Assembly (NCBI GenBank): GCA_910579755.1
Contig: CAJTVB010000011.1
Span: 11,742-75,741, forward strand
Length of the DNA: 64,000 bases
Source of the DNA: an uncultured Acetatifactor sp.
GTDB lineage: Bacteria; Bacillota; Clostridia; Lachnospirales; Lachnospiraceae
Direction: 5' to 3'
Shown here: positions 26,536 through 36,118 of the stretch, piece after piece
Numbering within the stretch: position 1 is the first letter of the stretch
Layout: each line of letters starts with the position of its first letter
Notes under the pieces: model-generated
What the model was told of the DNA's origin: nothing
The model's database searches: none
What the model saw: the letters and a program-made list of their open reading frames with translations, nothing else
Made by a program: the position numbers and the translations under genes

Positions 26536-26679
26536 ACCTGTTTGCCTGCGCAGTCAGGCAGGCAAAAAATATCTTCAAACGCATAAAAAGGGACTTATCC
26601 TTGCCCGACAAATCCCTTTACCTCTGCATTCCCCCGCAAATTCCTTTTTGCGTTTCCCGGTATTCTGACCGGGCCGTAT

Positions 26680-27480
26680 CTACCTATGCTGACCGTGCTG
26701 GCTGTTCTGCCGCTTCAGTTCCTCTATTTCGTCAAACACCACATCGTTGAGTACCTTAATGTAAGTTCCCTTCATCCCTGAAGATCTGGATTCAATGACG
26801 CCGGCGCTTTCGAATTTTCTCAGAGCATTGACAATCACCGAACGCGTAATACCGACTCTGTCCGCAATCTTACTGGCCACAAGAATCCCTTCCATACCGT
26901 TCAATTCATCAAAAATGTGGGTAATCGCCTCCATCTCCGAGAAAGACAATGTGCTGATCGCCGATTTGACCACAGCAACCTTGCGGCTCTCCTCTGCACT
27001 TTCCTCATTCACGGCACGCAGCATTTCCAATCCCACTACTGTAGTGCCATATTCGCAAAGAATGATGTCATCAATATCATACTGCGTGTTGCACTTGTAA
27101 ATAAACAGCGTTCCCAGTCTCTCGCCGGCTATCTCGATGGGTGTTATGATAGCCTGAAATTTTGTGACATCCGTGCTCTCAAAGCCAAGTGTTTCCAGAT
27201 TCACATTTTCCTTGGTGGACAAAACCCCCAACAGCCTTTCATTCAGCAAACTATCGATGAATCCGCCCACATTTTCATCGATCAGCTCCGTGATCGATTC
27301 AACTCCATCGGCTTTTCCAACTCCCAGGACCTTTCCTTTGCGGCTGATGACCAGCACATTGGAATTCAGGATCTCGCGCATTACCTTGCAGATGTCGTTA
27401 AATACCACCTTGCTGGAATTATTGTTGTGCAAAAGCTTGCCAATTTTTCTGGTCTTATCCAGAAGCTGTACACTACTCAT
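26680..27480 (-). CDS. codY: GTP/BCAA-sensing global transcriptional repressor CodY
   Basis: The C-terminal wHTH sequence ASKIADRVGITRSVIVNALRKFESAGVIESRSSGMKGTYIKVLN is nearly identical to the B. subtilis CodY sequence as I recall it. The start is at MSSVQLLDKTRKI. Confidence 0.95.
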   Translation of the reverse strand: MSSVQLLDKTRKIGKLLHNNNSSKVVFNDICKVMREILNSNVLVISRKGKVLGVGKADGVESITELIDENVGGFIDSLLNERLLGVLSTKENVNLETLGFESTDVTKFQAIITPIEIAGERLGTLFIYKCNTQYDIDDIILCEYGTTVVGLEMLRAVNEESAEESRKVAVVKSAISTLSFSEMEAITHIFDELNGMEGILVASKIADRVGITRSVIVNALRKFESAGVIESRSSGMKGTYIKVLNDVVFDEIEELKRQNSQHGQHR

Positions 27481-27553
27481 ACACTTTCCTCCGTTTCGCC
27501 GCACCACAACATTCTATGAATATATAAATTTCTTGTGATATTTATTCAAACAT

Positions 27554-27582
27554 ATCATAGCACAAACAAAATCAGATTACAA
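27554..27582 (-). promoter_or_regulatory. Sigma-A-type promoter candidate for codY
   Basis: The minus strand reads TTGTAA-17 nt-TATGAT, about 70 nt upstream of the codY start. Confidence 0.45.
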
Positions 27583-27611
27583 TGCGCAAAACGGCAATTT
27601 ATTAGTATTTT

Positions 27612-29705
27612 CTAAGATTTATCTGGCAATTCCGGTATGACGTAATATCCGCAACGTTCCTCCGAGCACACCAGCTTATTTCCCTTCACCAACAGCATGG
27701 ATCCGCATTTGGGGCATTTCTCATTGGATGGCTTCTGCCAAACCATGAAATCACAGTCCGGATTATCAATGCAGCCATAATACCTGCGTCCTTTTTTTGT
27801 TTTCTTTGCCACCACATCCTTTCCGCATTTCGGACAGGCTACGCCGATCTTTTCAAAATAGGGACTGGTGTTGCGGCACTCCGGAAACCCGGGACATGCC
27901 AGAAACCGTCCATGAGGCCCATACTTTATCACCATCTGCCTTCCACACAGCTCGCACACCTCGTCGCTGACCTCGTCAGCAATAGTGACCTCAGCCAAAT
28001 CCTCCTCCGCCTGCTTTACCGCTTCGTCCAGATCGGGGTAAAAATTGGAAATAACCGTTTTCCATTTAACGCTTCCTTCCTCCACTCCGTCCAGCAGCGC
28101 TTCCATATTAGCGGTAAAATTCACATCCACGATAGACGGGAACGCTTTCTTCATCATATTGTTTACTACCTCGCCCAGCTCGGTCACGTAAATATTCTTA
28201 TTCTCCTTGGTCACATACCTCCTGGCCAGAATCGTGGTGATCGTAGGTGCGTAGGTACTCGGTCTCCCGATCCCCAACTCCTCCAGGGCCCTGACCAAGG
28301 ATGCCTCCGTATAGTGGGCCGGCGGCTGAGTAAAGTGCTGGACGGGATCAAACGCCCCAAAGGACAGGCTGCTGTCCTGGTCAAGTCTTCCCGTAAGCGT
28401 GTTTTCCTCCTCTTTATCCTCCTCCGAAATATATACGCTCATATATCCCTCAAACTTCAATTTTGAAGCCGACAGAGTAAACACCTGCTCCTTATTCTGA
28501 AGATCCCCGGCCTGTATTTTCACAGAGGTGGTCTCATATTTCGCGGCGCTCATGCGGCTTGCCAAAAAGCGCTTCCAGATCAGCTGGTACAGCCGGAACA
28601 GATCCCTGGGAAGCTCATCCTTCAAAGCTGCCGGAATCCTGTCCAGCCCCGTAGGCCTGATCGCTTCATGGGCATCCTGGATCTTTTGACCGTTCTTTTT
28701 TTCAGCCCCCTTCTCCGCCACATATTCCTCTCCATAATGTGCCTGGATATAGTCCTCCGCCATGCGCTGAGCCTCCTCGGAGACCCGGGTGGAGTCCGTA
28801 CGCAGATAGGTAATCAAGCCTACTGTTCCTTCACCCTTAATATCAACTCCCTCATAGAGCTGCTGGGCAAGGCGCATGGTCTTTTGGGTGGAAAAATTCA
28901 GCGCCTTGCTGGCCTCCTGCTGCAAAGTCGAGGTGGTAAACGGAAGCGGCGGCTTTTTCAGGCGTTCTCCCCGCTTTACCTCAGCCACCCTGTACTGTGC
29001 CCCCTCCAGCGACTGCATAATATCTTCCACCTGTTCTTTACTTTGGATGGATACTTTTTCCTCTGTAGTGCCGTAATATTTGGCTTTGATAGGCTTTTTC
29101 TCCCCCTCAATGTTCAGGGACACCTCCAGGGACCAATATTCCTCCGGAATAAAGGCATTAATTTCGTCCTCCCGATCGCAGATTATACGCAGTGCCACCG
29201 ATTGAACACGTCCCGCGCTGAGTCCCCTCTTGATTTTGGCCCAAAGCAGGGGAGAAATCCGGTAGCCTACCACCCGGTCCAGAGCCCTGCGGGCCTGCTG
29301 GGCATCCACCAGATTCATATTAATCTCACGGGCATTCTTCAAAGACTCCTTCACCGCATTCTTGGTAATCTCATTGAAAGTGATCCGATAAACCTTTTTG
29401 TCCTCCAGCTTCAGCGCGGCAAAAAGATGCCAGGAAATTGCCTCTCCTTCCCGGTCAGGGTCGGTAGCCAGATAAACCTTCTCCGCCTTCCTGACCTCCC
29501 GGCGAAGATTTGCGAGAATATCCCCTTTCCCGCGGATCGTGATATATTTCGGCTCATAGTCATGCTCCACGTCGATCCCCAGAGAGCTTTTAGGCAGATC
29601 CCGCACATGCCCGTTGCTGGCAGCCACTTCATAATTCGACCCCAAAAACTTCTTAATGGTCTTCACCTTTGCAGGTGACTCCACAATCACCAGATACTTG
29701 GCCAT
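27612..29705 (-). CDS. topA: DNA topoisomerase I
   Basis: MAKYLVIVESPAKVKTIKKFLG is a Toprim start. The type IA core follows, with C-terminal CxxC zinc ribbons. The ORF-track start at 29810 is a 35-codon over-extension. Confidence 0.95.
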   Translation of the reverse strand: MAKYLVIVESPAKVKTIKKFLGSNYEVAASNGHVRDLPKSSLGIDVEHDYEPKYITIRGKGDILANLRREVRKAEKVYLATDPDREGEAISWHLFAALKLEDKKVYRITFNEITKNAVKESLKNAREINMNLVDAQQARRALDRVVGYRISPLLWAKIKRGLSAGRVQSVALRIICDREDEINAFIPEEYWSLEVSLNIEGEKKPIKAKYYGTTEEKVSIQSKEQVEDIMQSLEGAQYRVAEVKRGERLKKPPLPFTTSTLQQEASKALNFSTQKTMRLAQQLYEGVDIKGEGTVGLITYLRTDSTRVSEEAQRMAEDYIQAHYGEEYVAEKGAEKKNGQKIQDAHEAIRPTGLDRIPAALKDELPRDLFRLYQLIWKRFLASRMSAAKYETTSVKIQAGDLQNKEQVFTLSASKLKFEGYMSVYISEEDKEEENTLTGRLDQDSSLSFGAFDPVQHFTQPPAHYTEASLVRALEELGIGRPSTYAPTITTILARRYVTKENKNIYVTELGEVVNNMMKKAFPSIVDVNFTANMEALLDGVEEGSVKWKTVISNFYPDLDEAVKQAEEDLAEVTIADEVSDEVCELCGRQMVIKYGPHGRFLACPGFPECRNTSPYFEKIGVACPKCGKDVVAKKTKKGRRYYGCIDNPDCDFMVWQKPSNEKCPKCGSMLLVKGNKLVCSEERCGYYVIPELPDKS

Positions 29706-29854
29706 ATTACATTCCCCTTTTCCATTTCTTCTATATATAATATACCCTTCCCTATGATATACCATCCTTCCCCCACCACGCCGGTCATACCGTGAACCAC
29801 TATACACCAAAAAATCAGAAGGCGCAAGTTTTTTATAAATTTTAAAAAAAACAC

Positions 29855-29883
29855 TTGCTTTTTTCTCTGAAATGTATTATTAT
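29855..29883 (+). promoter_or_regulatory. Sigma-A-type promoter candidate for tRNA-Glu
   Basis: TTGCTT (29855-29860), a 17-nt spacer, then TATTAT (29878-29883), about 57 nt upstream of the tRNA 5' end. Confidence 0.5.
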
Positions 29884-29940
29884 AAACAAGTGCCGCGGAT
29901 ATAGCGGTAATAAAGAAAATGTGGACAACATTTAATCTAT

Positions 29941-30012
29941 GGCTGATTGGTCAAGCGGTCAAGACGCCGCCCTCTCACGGCGGAAACAGGGGTTCGATTC
30001 CCCTATCAGCTG
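29941..30012 (+). tRNA. tRNA-Glu (anticodon CUC)
   Basis: Manual cloverleaf fold. Acceptor stem GGCTGAT/ATCAGCT (G1-U72 wobble). D-arm GTC/GAC. Anticodon stem CCGCC/GGCGG with loop CTCTCAC. T-arm AGGGG-TTCGATT-CCCCT. Discriminator G. No encoded CCA. Very close to the Bacillus tRNA-Glu sequence as I recall it. Confidence 0.85.
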
Positions 30013-30043
30013 CGACTGTTTTTTAACAGCCCAACCCCGAAAA

Positions 30044-30091
30044 GGCTCTGAATTTCTGATTGAATCAAGAAATTCAGAGCCTTTTTGCTTT
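30044..30091 (+). terminator. Rho-independent terminator after tRNA-Glu
   Basis: Perfect 14-bp stem GGCTCTGAATTTCT / AGAAATTCAGAGCC (30044-30057 and 30068-30081) followed by TTTTTGCTTTTT. Confidence 0.75.
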
Positions 30092-30093
30092 TT

Positions 30094-30155
30094 AAAAATT
30101 TCCACCTGCGCGGTTGGATGCTCTTTGGAGCGTCAGTCGCACAGGCGGAAATTTT
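30094..30155 (-). terminator. Long-stem hairpin downstream of polC (candidate polC terminator)
   Basis: The arms AAAAATTTCCACCTGCGCG (30094-30112) and CGCACAGGCGGAAATTTT (30138-30155) pair over about 18 bp with two G-U pairs. On the minus strand the hairpin is followed by a TTTTT run. Confidence 0.45.
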
Positions 30156-30195
30156 CCATTAACATATTCACAGCCGCAGATCTCCTCCGAAAACG

Positions 30196-33100
30196 CTACA
30201 GCTGAAAATCAAAAAGGCTTAACTGGTTGGATTCCGGAAGGTCTCCCAATAAATTCAACGTGGCCATCATATCCACAACCGTTTTGGAAACCTTTGTCCG
30301 TTCCCGGAAATCCTCCTTTGATAAAAACGGTCCGTCCTTTGCCGCTTCCACAATGGCGTCGGCGGCCTTGTCCCCCAGACCATCTATACTGCTCAACGAA
30401 GGCATCAGCTTATCCCCCACGATCTGAAACGCCCGGGATTTTGCACGGAAAATATCGATCTGTTCAAATTGGAAGCCTCTGGCATACATTTCCTGCACAA
30501 TTCTCATATCACCGTAGGCAAGCTCTTCCTTATTAGAAAGGGGCACTGCCCCCGGCTCCTTGTTGGCCGCCGCATCCATTCTCTTTTTATAGTCCTTCAT
30601 GACCGTTTCCAGATGAGCCTGGCCCTGACACATAATCTCATAGGAAAAAGCCTTTGCCCGGATGCTGAAAAAGGCGCCGTAATAGGCAAGGGGATAATGA
30701 ATTTTACAGTAGGCAATACGCCAGGCCATCATAACATAGGCCGCCGCATGAGCCTTGGGAAACATATACTCAATCTTCTGGCAGGACTCCACGTACCACT
30801 GGGGCACATCATGGGCCAGCATATCCGCCTTCCACTCATCCCACTGGGCACACTTTTTCTTTGCCACCATGCCTTTTCTTACGGCCTCCATGATCTTGAA
30901 GGATTTTTCCGACTCCACCCCCATTTGAATCAGATAGGTCATAATATCGTCACGGGTACAAATAGCCGTAGAAATAGTGGCGGTTCCGCTCATAATCAGA
31001 TCCTGAGCGTTTCCCAGCCACACGTTGGTGCCATGAGACAGCCCTGATATGCGCACCAGATCCGAAAAAGCCTGGGGCTTCGCCTCAATGACCATCTGCA
31101 TGGCAAAATCCGTTCCGAATTCGGGAATCCCCAGCGCCCCCAGCTTTGTTCCGCCGATCTGCTCCGGAGTGATGCCCAGGGCATCTGTATTCTGAAAAAG
31201 ACTCATCACATCCTTGCCGTCCAGGGGAATCGTCAAGGGATCCCTTCCGGTCAGATCCTGCAGCATACGGATCATGGTAGGATCATCGTGTCCCAGAATA
31301 TCCAGCTTCAGAAGGTTGTGATCGATTGAATGGTAATCAAAATGCGTAGTCACCGTATCCGTAGTCATATCGTTGGCCGGATGCTGCACAGGCGTAAAGG
31401 AATTGATATCCTGTCCCAGAGGAAGCACCACAATCCCTCCCGGGTGCTGGCCTGTGCTCCTTCTGACCCCGGTACAGCCCGCAACGATACGATCTATTTC
31501 ACTATTTCTCTTATGTCGTCCTCTTTCTTCAAAGTAATTTTTCACATAGCCAAAGGCCGTCTTGTCCGCCAGGGTGGCGATGGTGCCTGCCCGGAAGGTC
31601 TGGCCGGCGCCGAAAATCACCTCCGTATACTTATGAGCCTTGGACTGATATTCTCCGGAAAAATTCAAATCGATGTCCGGCTCCTTGTCGCCCTTAAATC
31701 CCAAAAAGGTCTCAAAGGGAATGTCAAAGCCTTCCTTATGCAGCATTTCTCCGCATTGAGGGCACTGCCTGTCCGGCATGTCGATGCCGGCCTTACCGGA
31801 GTATGCCTTCACTTCGGGGCTGTCAAAATCCACATAATGGCATTTACTGCAGTAATAGTGGGGACTCAGAGGATTGACCTCGGTGATGCCCGCCATTGTG
31901 GCCACAAAGGAGCTTCCCACGGATCCCCGGGATCCCACCAGATAGCCGTCCTCCACGGACTTCCATACCAGCTTCTGCGCAATAATATACATCACCGCAA
32001 ATCCGTTGGTGATAATGGAATGCAGCTCCTTTTCCAACCGGGCCTCCACGATTCGGGGAAGCTGCGGTCCATATATCTCATGAGCCTTGTCATAGCAGAT
32101 CTTCGTCAGAGTCTTGTCGCTGTCTTCGATAACCGGCGGACATTTATCCGGCCTCACAGGCGCGATAGTCTCTATCATATCCGCTATCAGATTGGTGTTT
32201 TTCACTACTACTTCATATGCCTTATCGCTTCCCAGGTAGGAAAATTCCTCCAGCATCTCCTCCGTGGTGTGCAAAAACAACGGCGCCTGATTGTCCGCAT
32301 CCTCAAAGCCCTTTCCCGCCATGATTATCCGCCGGTATATTTCGTCCTCCGGATCCAGAAAATGTACGTCGCAGGTGGCGGCCACCGGCTTGTGAAACTG
32401 TTCCCCCAGCTTCACGATCCGCCGGTTGATATTCTGAATATCTTCCATAGAATTTACAGACCGGATCTTTTCGGAAGCAATCATAAACTGATTGTTCCCG
32501 CAGGGCTGTATCTCTAAATAGTCATAAAACCGGACAATCCTTGCAATTTGCATATCACTCTGCCCATCCAGCAGTGCCCGATACAATTCTCCGGCCTCAC
32601 AGGCGCTTCCCAAAATCAGTCCTTCCCGGTATTTTTGCACCAGACTCTTGGGAATCCGGGGATGTCTGCTGAAATAAGTCAGATGGGACTCTGACACCAG
32701 CCTGTACAGGTTGACTCTTCCCAAGTCGTTTTTAGCCAAAATAATGGCGTGATAGGAGGGAAGCTTTTTCACCAGATCCGAGCTGGAAGCTCCCAGTGCA
32801 TTTACCTGAGACAGGGAATTTACTTCCCGTTCTTCCAGCATTTTTATAAATTTCACAAAAATCCATGCGGTGCATTCCGCGTCATCCACAGCCCGATGAT
32901 GGTTTTCCAGAGAAATGTTCAGAGTCTTCGCCACTGCATCCAGAGTATGCTTTGACTGTCCCGGCAAAAGCACCCGCGCAATCCCCACCGTATCCACATA
33001 GGTGTACTCAGTGGGCAGTCCCTGCCTTCTGGCGTTTTCCATAATAAAGCTCATATCGAAATTGGCATTATGTGCCACTAATACGCATTCCTTGCTAAAT

Positions 33101-34881
33101 TCCAGGAATCGGGGCAGCACATCCTCGATGAGAGGCGCTTCCATTACCATATCATCCCGTATTCCGGTGAGCTTTTCAATCTCGAAGGGAATTGGCACCC
33201 GAGGATTCACAAAGGTTGAAAAGCGATCCACCACCTGTCCCCCGCTGACCTTCACCGCTCCGATCTCAATAATGTGGTCATTCACCGGTGAAAACCCTGT
33301 AGTCTCTATATCAAAAACCACAAAGTCCTCTTTCAGCCCCTGCCCTTTGTCTCCCGTAACGATCTCCTTCAGGTCATCCACCAAATAGGCCTCTACACCG
33401 TAAATGATTTTAAAGAAGTCCTGCTTATCCGGATTTTCCTCTCCTGCCTCCTTTCGCTTTTTCTTTTCTTCCTTCCACAAATCCTCCCACACATGATTTG
33501 CATCCGTAAAGCTCTGAACCACACCGTGATCTGTGAAAGCTATCGCCTGATGCCCCCACTGATATGCTCTCTTTACGATGTCCCTGGCCTCGGAAACGCC
33601 GTCCATATCACTCATCTTTGTATGACAGTGCAGTTCCACTCTCCTTTCAGACGCCGTATCCGCACGGGTAGTGGTAAAATTGGATATGGACTTGATCCCC
33701 GCCAAAGAACCAACAGTCAATTCATGGTCGAATTTATCCAGTGTAGCTATCCCTTTGATCTTGACATATCCTCCCGGCTTCAGTCTGCCGGTCAGCTCAT
33801 CCACCTGATTGTTGCGCACGAAGATTTTTACGGTCATGGTATCCGTAAAATCCGTCACATCAAACATGAGAATCGATTTTTCGTTCCGGATCTCCCTTTT
33901 ATCCAGCTTCAAAATCTTTCCCCGGATAACCACCTCGCCCATTTCGCCGATAATATCTTCGATGGCGATAGCATCCTCCTCAAAATCACGTCCGTAGATC
34001 ACATCGGGATTATCGGATTGCTTCAGAGAACGAGAATATTCTCCTCTGCCGCGGAATTCTCCCTTGCGGAAGCCGCTCCTGCCTGCATCTCCCCGGCCCG
34101 AATCTCCCTTTCCCGAAAAGCTTTTCGTACTTCCGAAAGACTGCTGCTGACCTTCGCCCTTTTTTTCCGGCCCAGATTGAACCTCCTGCCCCGGCATTCT
34201 CTGTCTGGCTCCGTCCCCGTTCTGGAGCGAAACAACTCCAACACTTTCACGTCTTCCATTTTCAGCCGATGCTTTATCCTCATGTCCCTCATTCTGGGAT
34301 GCCCGCATCCGACGATATATTTCGTTTACCTTCAGCTGGATCTTCCTCTCATCCTCTTCCGCAAACCTGCCTGTGGAGGCCTCCCGATAGTCCACTCTGA
34401 TCCCCACCTTCAGGCCGCACCGCTCCACCAGTATTTTTTCCAGCACCCGCACCAGCTCCGCTTCCTTACTATGATTCAGAACCGTGTCATCGATAAGAAG
34501 GGTCACCTGTTCCGGATCGGGATAAGAAATATCCGCAGTTCGAAACGCATTGTATTCTATATGACTGTATTCCCGCAGTTCTGCCAGAATACTTTCGCCA
34601 TAAACCTCCATCAAATTTTCAGGAGTATACTGAGAGGAAAGCTCAAACCGTTCCAAAATTCTGACCGTCAGTGCAGCTCCTGAAAAAAGCTGACGTCGGA
34701 TCTCCTTTTCCGCCGTCCAGATATCCTCCTTTAAAATCAGCCGGGTACTGAACAGGTACACTGTCAGCCTGTCCTTCTGCTTTGTCACAGACACCCTTTC
34801 CACCTTTGCCTGCTCCAGCTTATCATGCAGGTTTCCCTTAATATCCAGTGTGGGAAATACTTCAAAAAAAGATTTCGTCAT
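30196..34881 (-). CDS. polC: DNA polymerase III alpha subunit, Gram-positive PolC type (1561 aa)
   Basis: PHP motif ELHCHTKMSDMDG. Inserted 3'-5' exonuclease motif FVVFDIETTGFS. Pol III alpha core. Translationally close to ispG upstream. Confidence 0.97.
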   Translation of the reverse strand: MTKSFFEVFPTLDIKGNLHDKLEQAKVERVSVTKQKDRLTVYLFSTRLILKEDIWTAEKEIRRQLFSGAALTVRILERFELSSQYTPENLMEVYGESILAELREYSHIEYNAFRTADISYPDPEQVTLLIDDTVLNHSKEAELVRVLEKILVERCGLKVGIRVDYREASTGRFAEEDERKIQLKVNEIYRRMRASQNEGHEDKASAENGRRESVGVVSLQNGDGARQRMPGQEVQSGPEKKGEGQQQSFGSTKSFSGKGDSGRGDAGRSGFRKGEFRGRGEYSRSLKQSDNPDVIYGRDFEEDAIAIEDIIGEMGEVVIRGKILKLDKREIRNEKSILMFDVTDFTDTMTVKIFVRNNQVDELTGRLKPGGYVKIKGIATLDKFDHELTVGSLAGIKSISNFTTTRADTASERRVELHCHTKMSDMDGVSEARDIVKRAYQWGHQAIAFTDHGVVQSFTDANHVWEDLWKEEKKKRKEAGEENPDKQDFFKIIYGVEAYLVDDLKEIVTGDKGQGLKEDFVVFDIETTGFSPVNDHIIEIGAVKVSGGQVVDRFSTFVNPRVPIPFEIEKLTGIRDDMVMEAPLIEDVLPRFLEFSKECVLVAHNANFDMSFIMENARRQGLPTEYTYVDTVGIARVLLPGQSKHTLDAVAKTLNISLENHHRAVDDAECTAWIFVKFIKMLEEREVNSLSQVNALGASSSDLVKKLPSYHAIILAKNDLGRVNLYRLVSESHLTYFSRHPRIPKSLVQKYREGLILGSACEAGELYRALLDGQSDMQIARIVRFYDYLEIQPCGNNQFMIASEKIRSVNSMEDIQNINRRIVKLGEQFHKPVAATCDVHFLDPEDEIYRRIIMAGKGFEDADNQAPLFLHTTEEMLEEFSYLGSDKAYEVVVKNTNLIADMIETIAPVRPDKCPPVIEDSDKTLTKICYDKAHEIYGPQLPRIVEARLEKELHSIITNGFAVMYIIAQKLVWKSVEDGYLVGSRGSVGSSFVATMAGITEVNPLSPHYYCSKCHYVDFDSPEVKAYSGKAGIDMPDRQCPQCGEMLHKEGFDIPFETFLGFKGDKEPDIDLNFSGEYQSKAHKYTEVIFGAGQTFRAGTIATLADKTAFGYVKNYFEERGRHKRNSEIDRIVAGCTGVRRSTGQHPGGIVVLPLGQDINSFTPVQHPANDMTTDTVTTHFDYHSIDHNLLKLDILGHDDPTMIRMLQDLTGRDPLTIPLDGKDVMSLFQNTDALGITPEQIGGTKLGALGIPEFGTDFAMQMVIEAKPQAFSDLVRISGLSHGTNVWLGNAQDLIMSGTATISTAICTRDDIMTYLIQMGVESEKSFKIMEAVRKGMVAKKKCAQWDEWKADMLAHDVPQWYVESCQKIEYMFPKAHAAAYVMMAWRIAYCKIHYPLAYYGAFFSIRAKAFSYEIMCQGQAHLETVMKDYKKRMDAAANKEPGAVPLSNKEELAYGDMRIVQEMYARGFQFEQIDIFRAKSRAFQIVGDKLMPSLSSIDGLGDKAADAIVEAAKDGPFLSKEDFRERTKVSKTVVDMMATLNLLGDLPESNQLSLFDFQL

Positions 34882-34888
34882 CGATCCT

Positions 34889-35944
34889 TCACCTGTTCCA
34901 ATTATCCAGCTCTTCCTTCAGCGCCTCCAGCAATTGATCCTCCGGCACCTTTCGGAGAATCTGACCTTTTTTAAACAAAAGCCCCTCTCCCGATCCCCCA
35001 GCAATCCCCAGATCCGCTTCCCTGGCCTCTCCCGGTCCGTTGACGGCACAGCCCATGACGGCTACCTTCATATCCAGCGGATAGTCTTCCACAAGCTTCT
35101 CCACCCGGCCCGCCAGGCCGATCAGATCGATCCGGGTTCTGCCGCAGGTAGGGCAGGATACCACCTCAATCCCGCCTTTCCGCAGTCCCAGTGTGCGCAG
35201 AATCAGACGGGCGGACCGGATCTCCTCCACCGGATCTCCCGTCAAAGAAACTCTGACTGTGTCGCCGATTCCCCGGCTCAGAATAAGCCCCAGCCCCATG
35301 GCCGACTTAATATTTCCGCTCCAGAGAGTTCCCGACTCCGTGATCCCTGCATGAAGCGGATATTCCGTTTTCTCTGCCAGCAATTCATGCGCCTTTACAG
35401 ACATCAGCACATCGGAAGACTTGATGCTGATAACTATATTGTCATAGCCCCATTCTTCAATCAAATTCACCTGCTCCAGAGCACTTTCCACAATGGCCTC
35501 GGCAGTGACTCCTCCATATTTTTCCAACAGCCCCTTTTCCAGGGAACCGCTGTTGACCCCCACCCGGATCGGAACATTCCTCTCTCTGGCCGTGTCCACC
35601 ACTGCCCTTACCTTATCAGGGCTTCCGATATTTCCAGGATTAATGCGAATTTTATCAGCGCCGTTCTCCATGGCGGCAACAGCCATTTGATAGTCAAAAT
35701 GAATATCGGCCACCAGAGGGATATGTATTTGCTTTTTAATCTGTGCCAGCGCCCGGGCCGCCTCAATCGTCGGCACCGTACATCGAATGATCTCACATCC
35801 CGCCCGCTCCAGCTCCAGAATCTGGGCCACCGTAGCCTGCACGTCCTCAGTACGGGTATTTGTCATAGACTGGATCAAAACAGGGCTGCCGCCTCCGATT
35901 ACCTGATTTCCGATTCGTATTTTCTTTGTATGATCTCTATGCAT
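34889..35944 (-). CDS. ispG: 4-hydroxy-3-methylbut-2-enyl diphosphate synthase IspG (GcpE)
   Basis: 351 aa. Motifs IRIGNQVIGGGSPVLIQSMTNT, RVSLTGDPVEE and CPTCGR (cluster cysteines). Confidence 0.95.
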   Translation of the reverse strand: MHRDHTKKIRIGNQVIGGGSPVLIQSMTNTRTEDVQATVAQILELERAGCEIIRCTVPTIEAARALAQIKKQIHIPLVADIHFDYQMAVAAMENGADKIRINPGNIGSPDKVRAVVDTARERNVPIRVGVNSGSLEKGLLEKYGGVTAEAIVESALEQVNLIEEWGYDNIVISIKSSDVLMSVKAHELLAEKTEYPLHAGITESGTLWSGNIKSAMGLGLILSRGIGDTVRVSLTGDPVEEIRSARLILRTLGLRKGGIEVVSCPTCGRTRIDLIGLAGRVEKLVEDYPLDMKVAVMGCAVNGPGEAREADLGIAGGSGEGLLFKKGQILRKVPEDQLLEALKEELDNWNR

Positions 35945-36118
35945 AAAGTCTCCTCCCAGGCATCTTTTCCACCTTTGAACGTTTTCGGCTTCTTTCTTCC
36001 GTTCTTTTCCGAAATCTCACTGTATCAATAATACCCCAACCTCTGCTTGTTTGTACAGCGAAAAATCAAATTCCGCGAAAGACCTGTTACTATTCACAGC
36101 TTCGCCGCAAAGTAACTG

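Noticed and set aside
29706-29810. N-terminal extensions given by the ORF track. They affect topA (29810), dprA (37489), fliE (25355), flgC (25868), flgB (26453), codY (27507), fliK (18589), nrdR (58529), pgk (55544), gpr (47651), the GNAT (60557), pilT (40364) and FIST (53119).
   Set aside because: In each case an internal ATG (TTG for rpsT) reproduces the canonical family N-terminus and is preceded by a good Shine-Dalgarno sequence at 5-9 nt. The upstream extension has neither.
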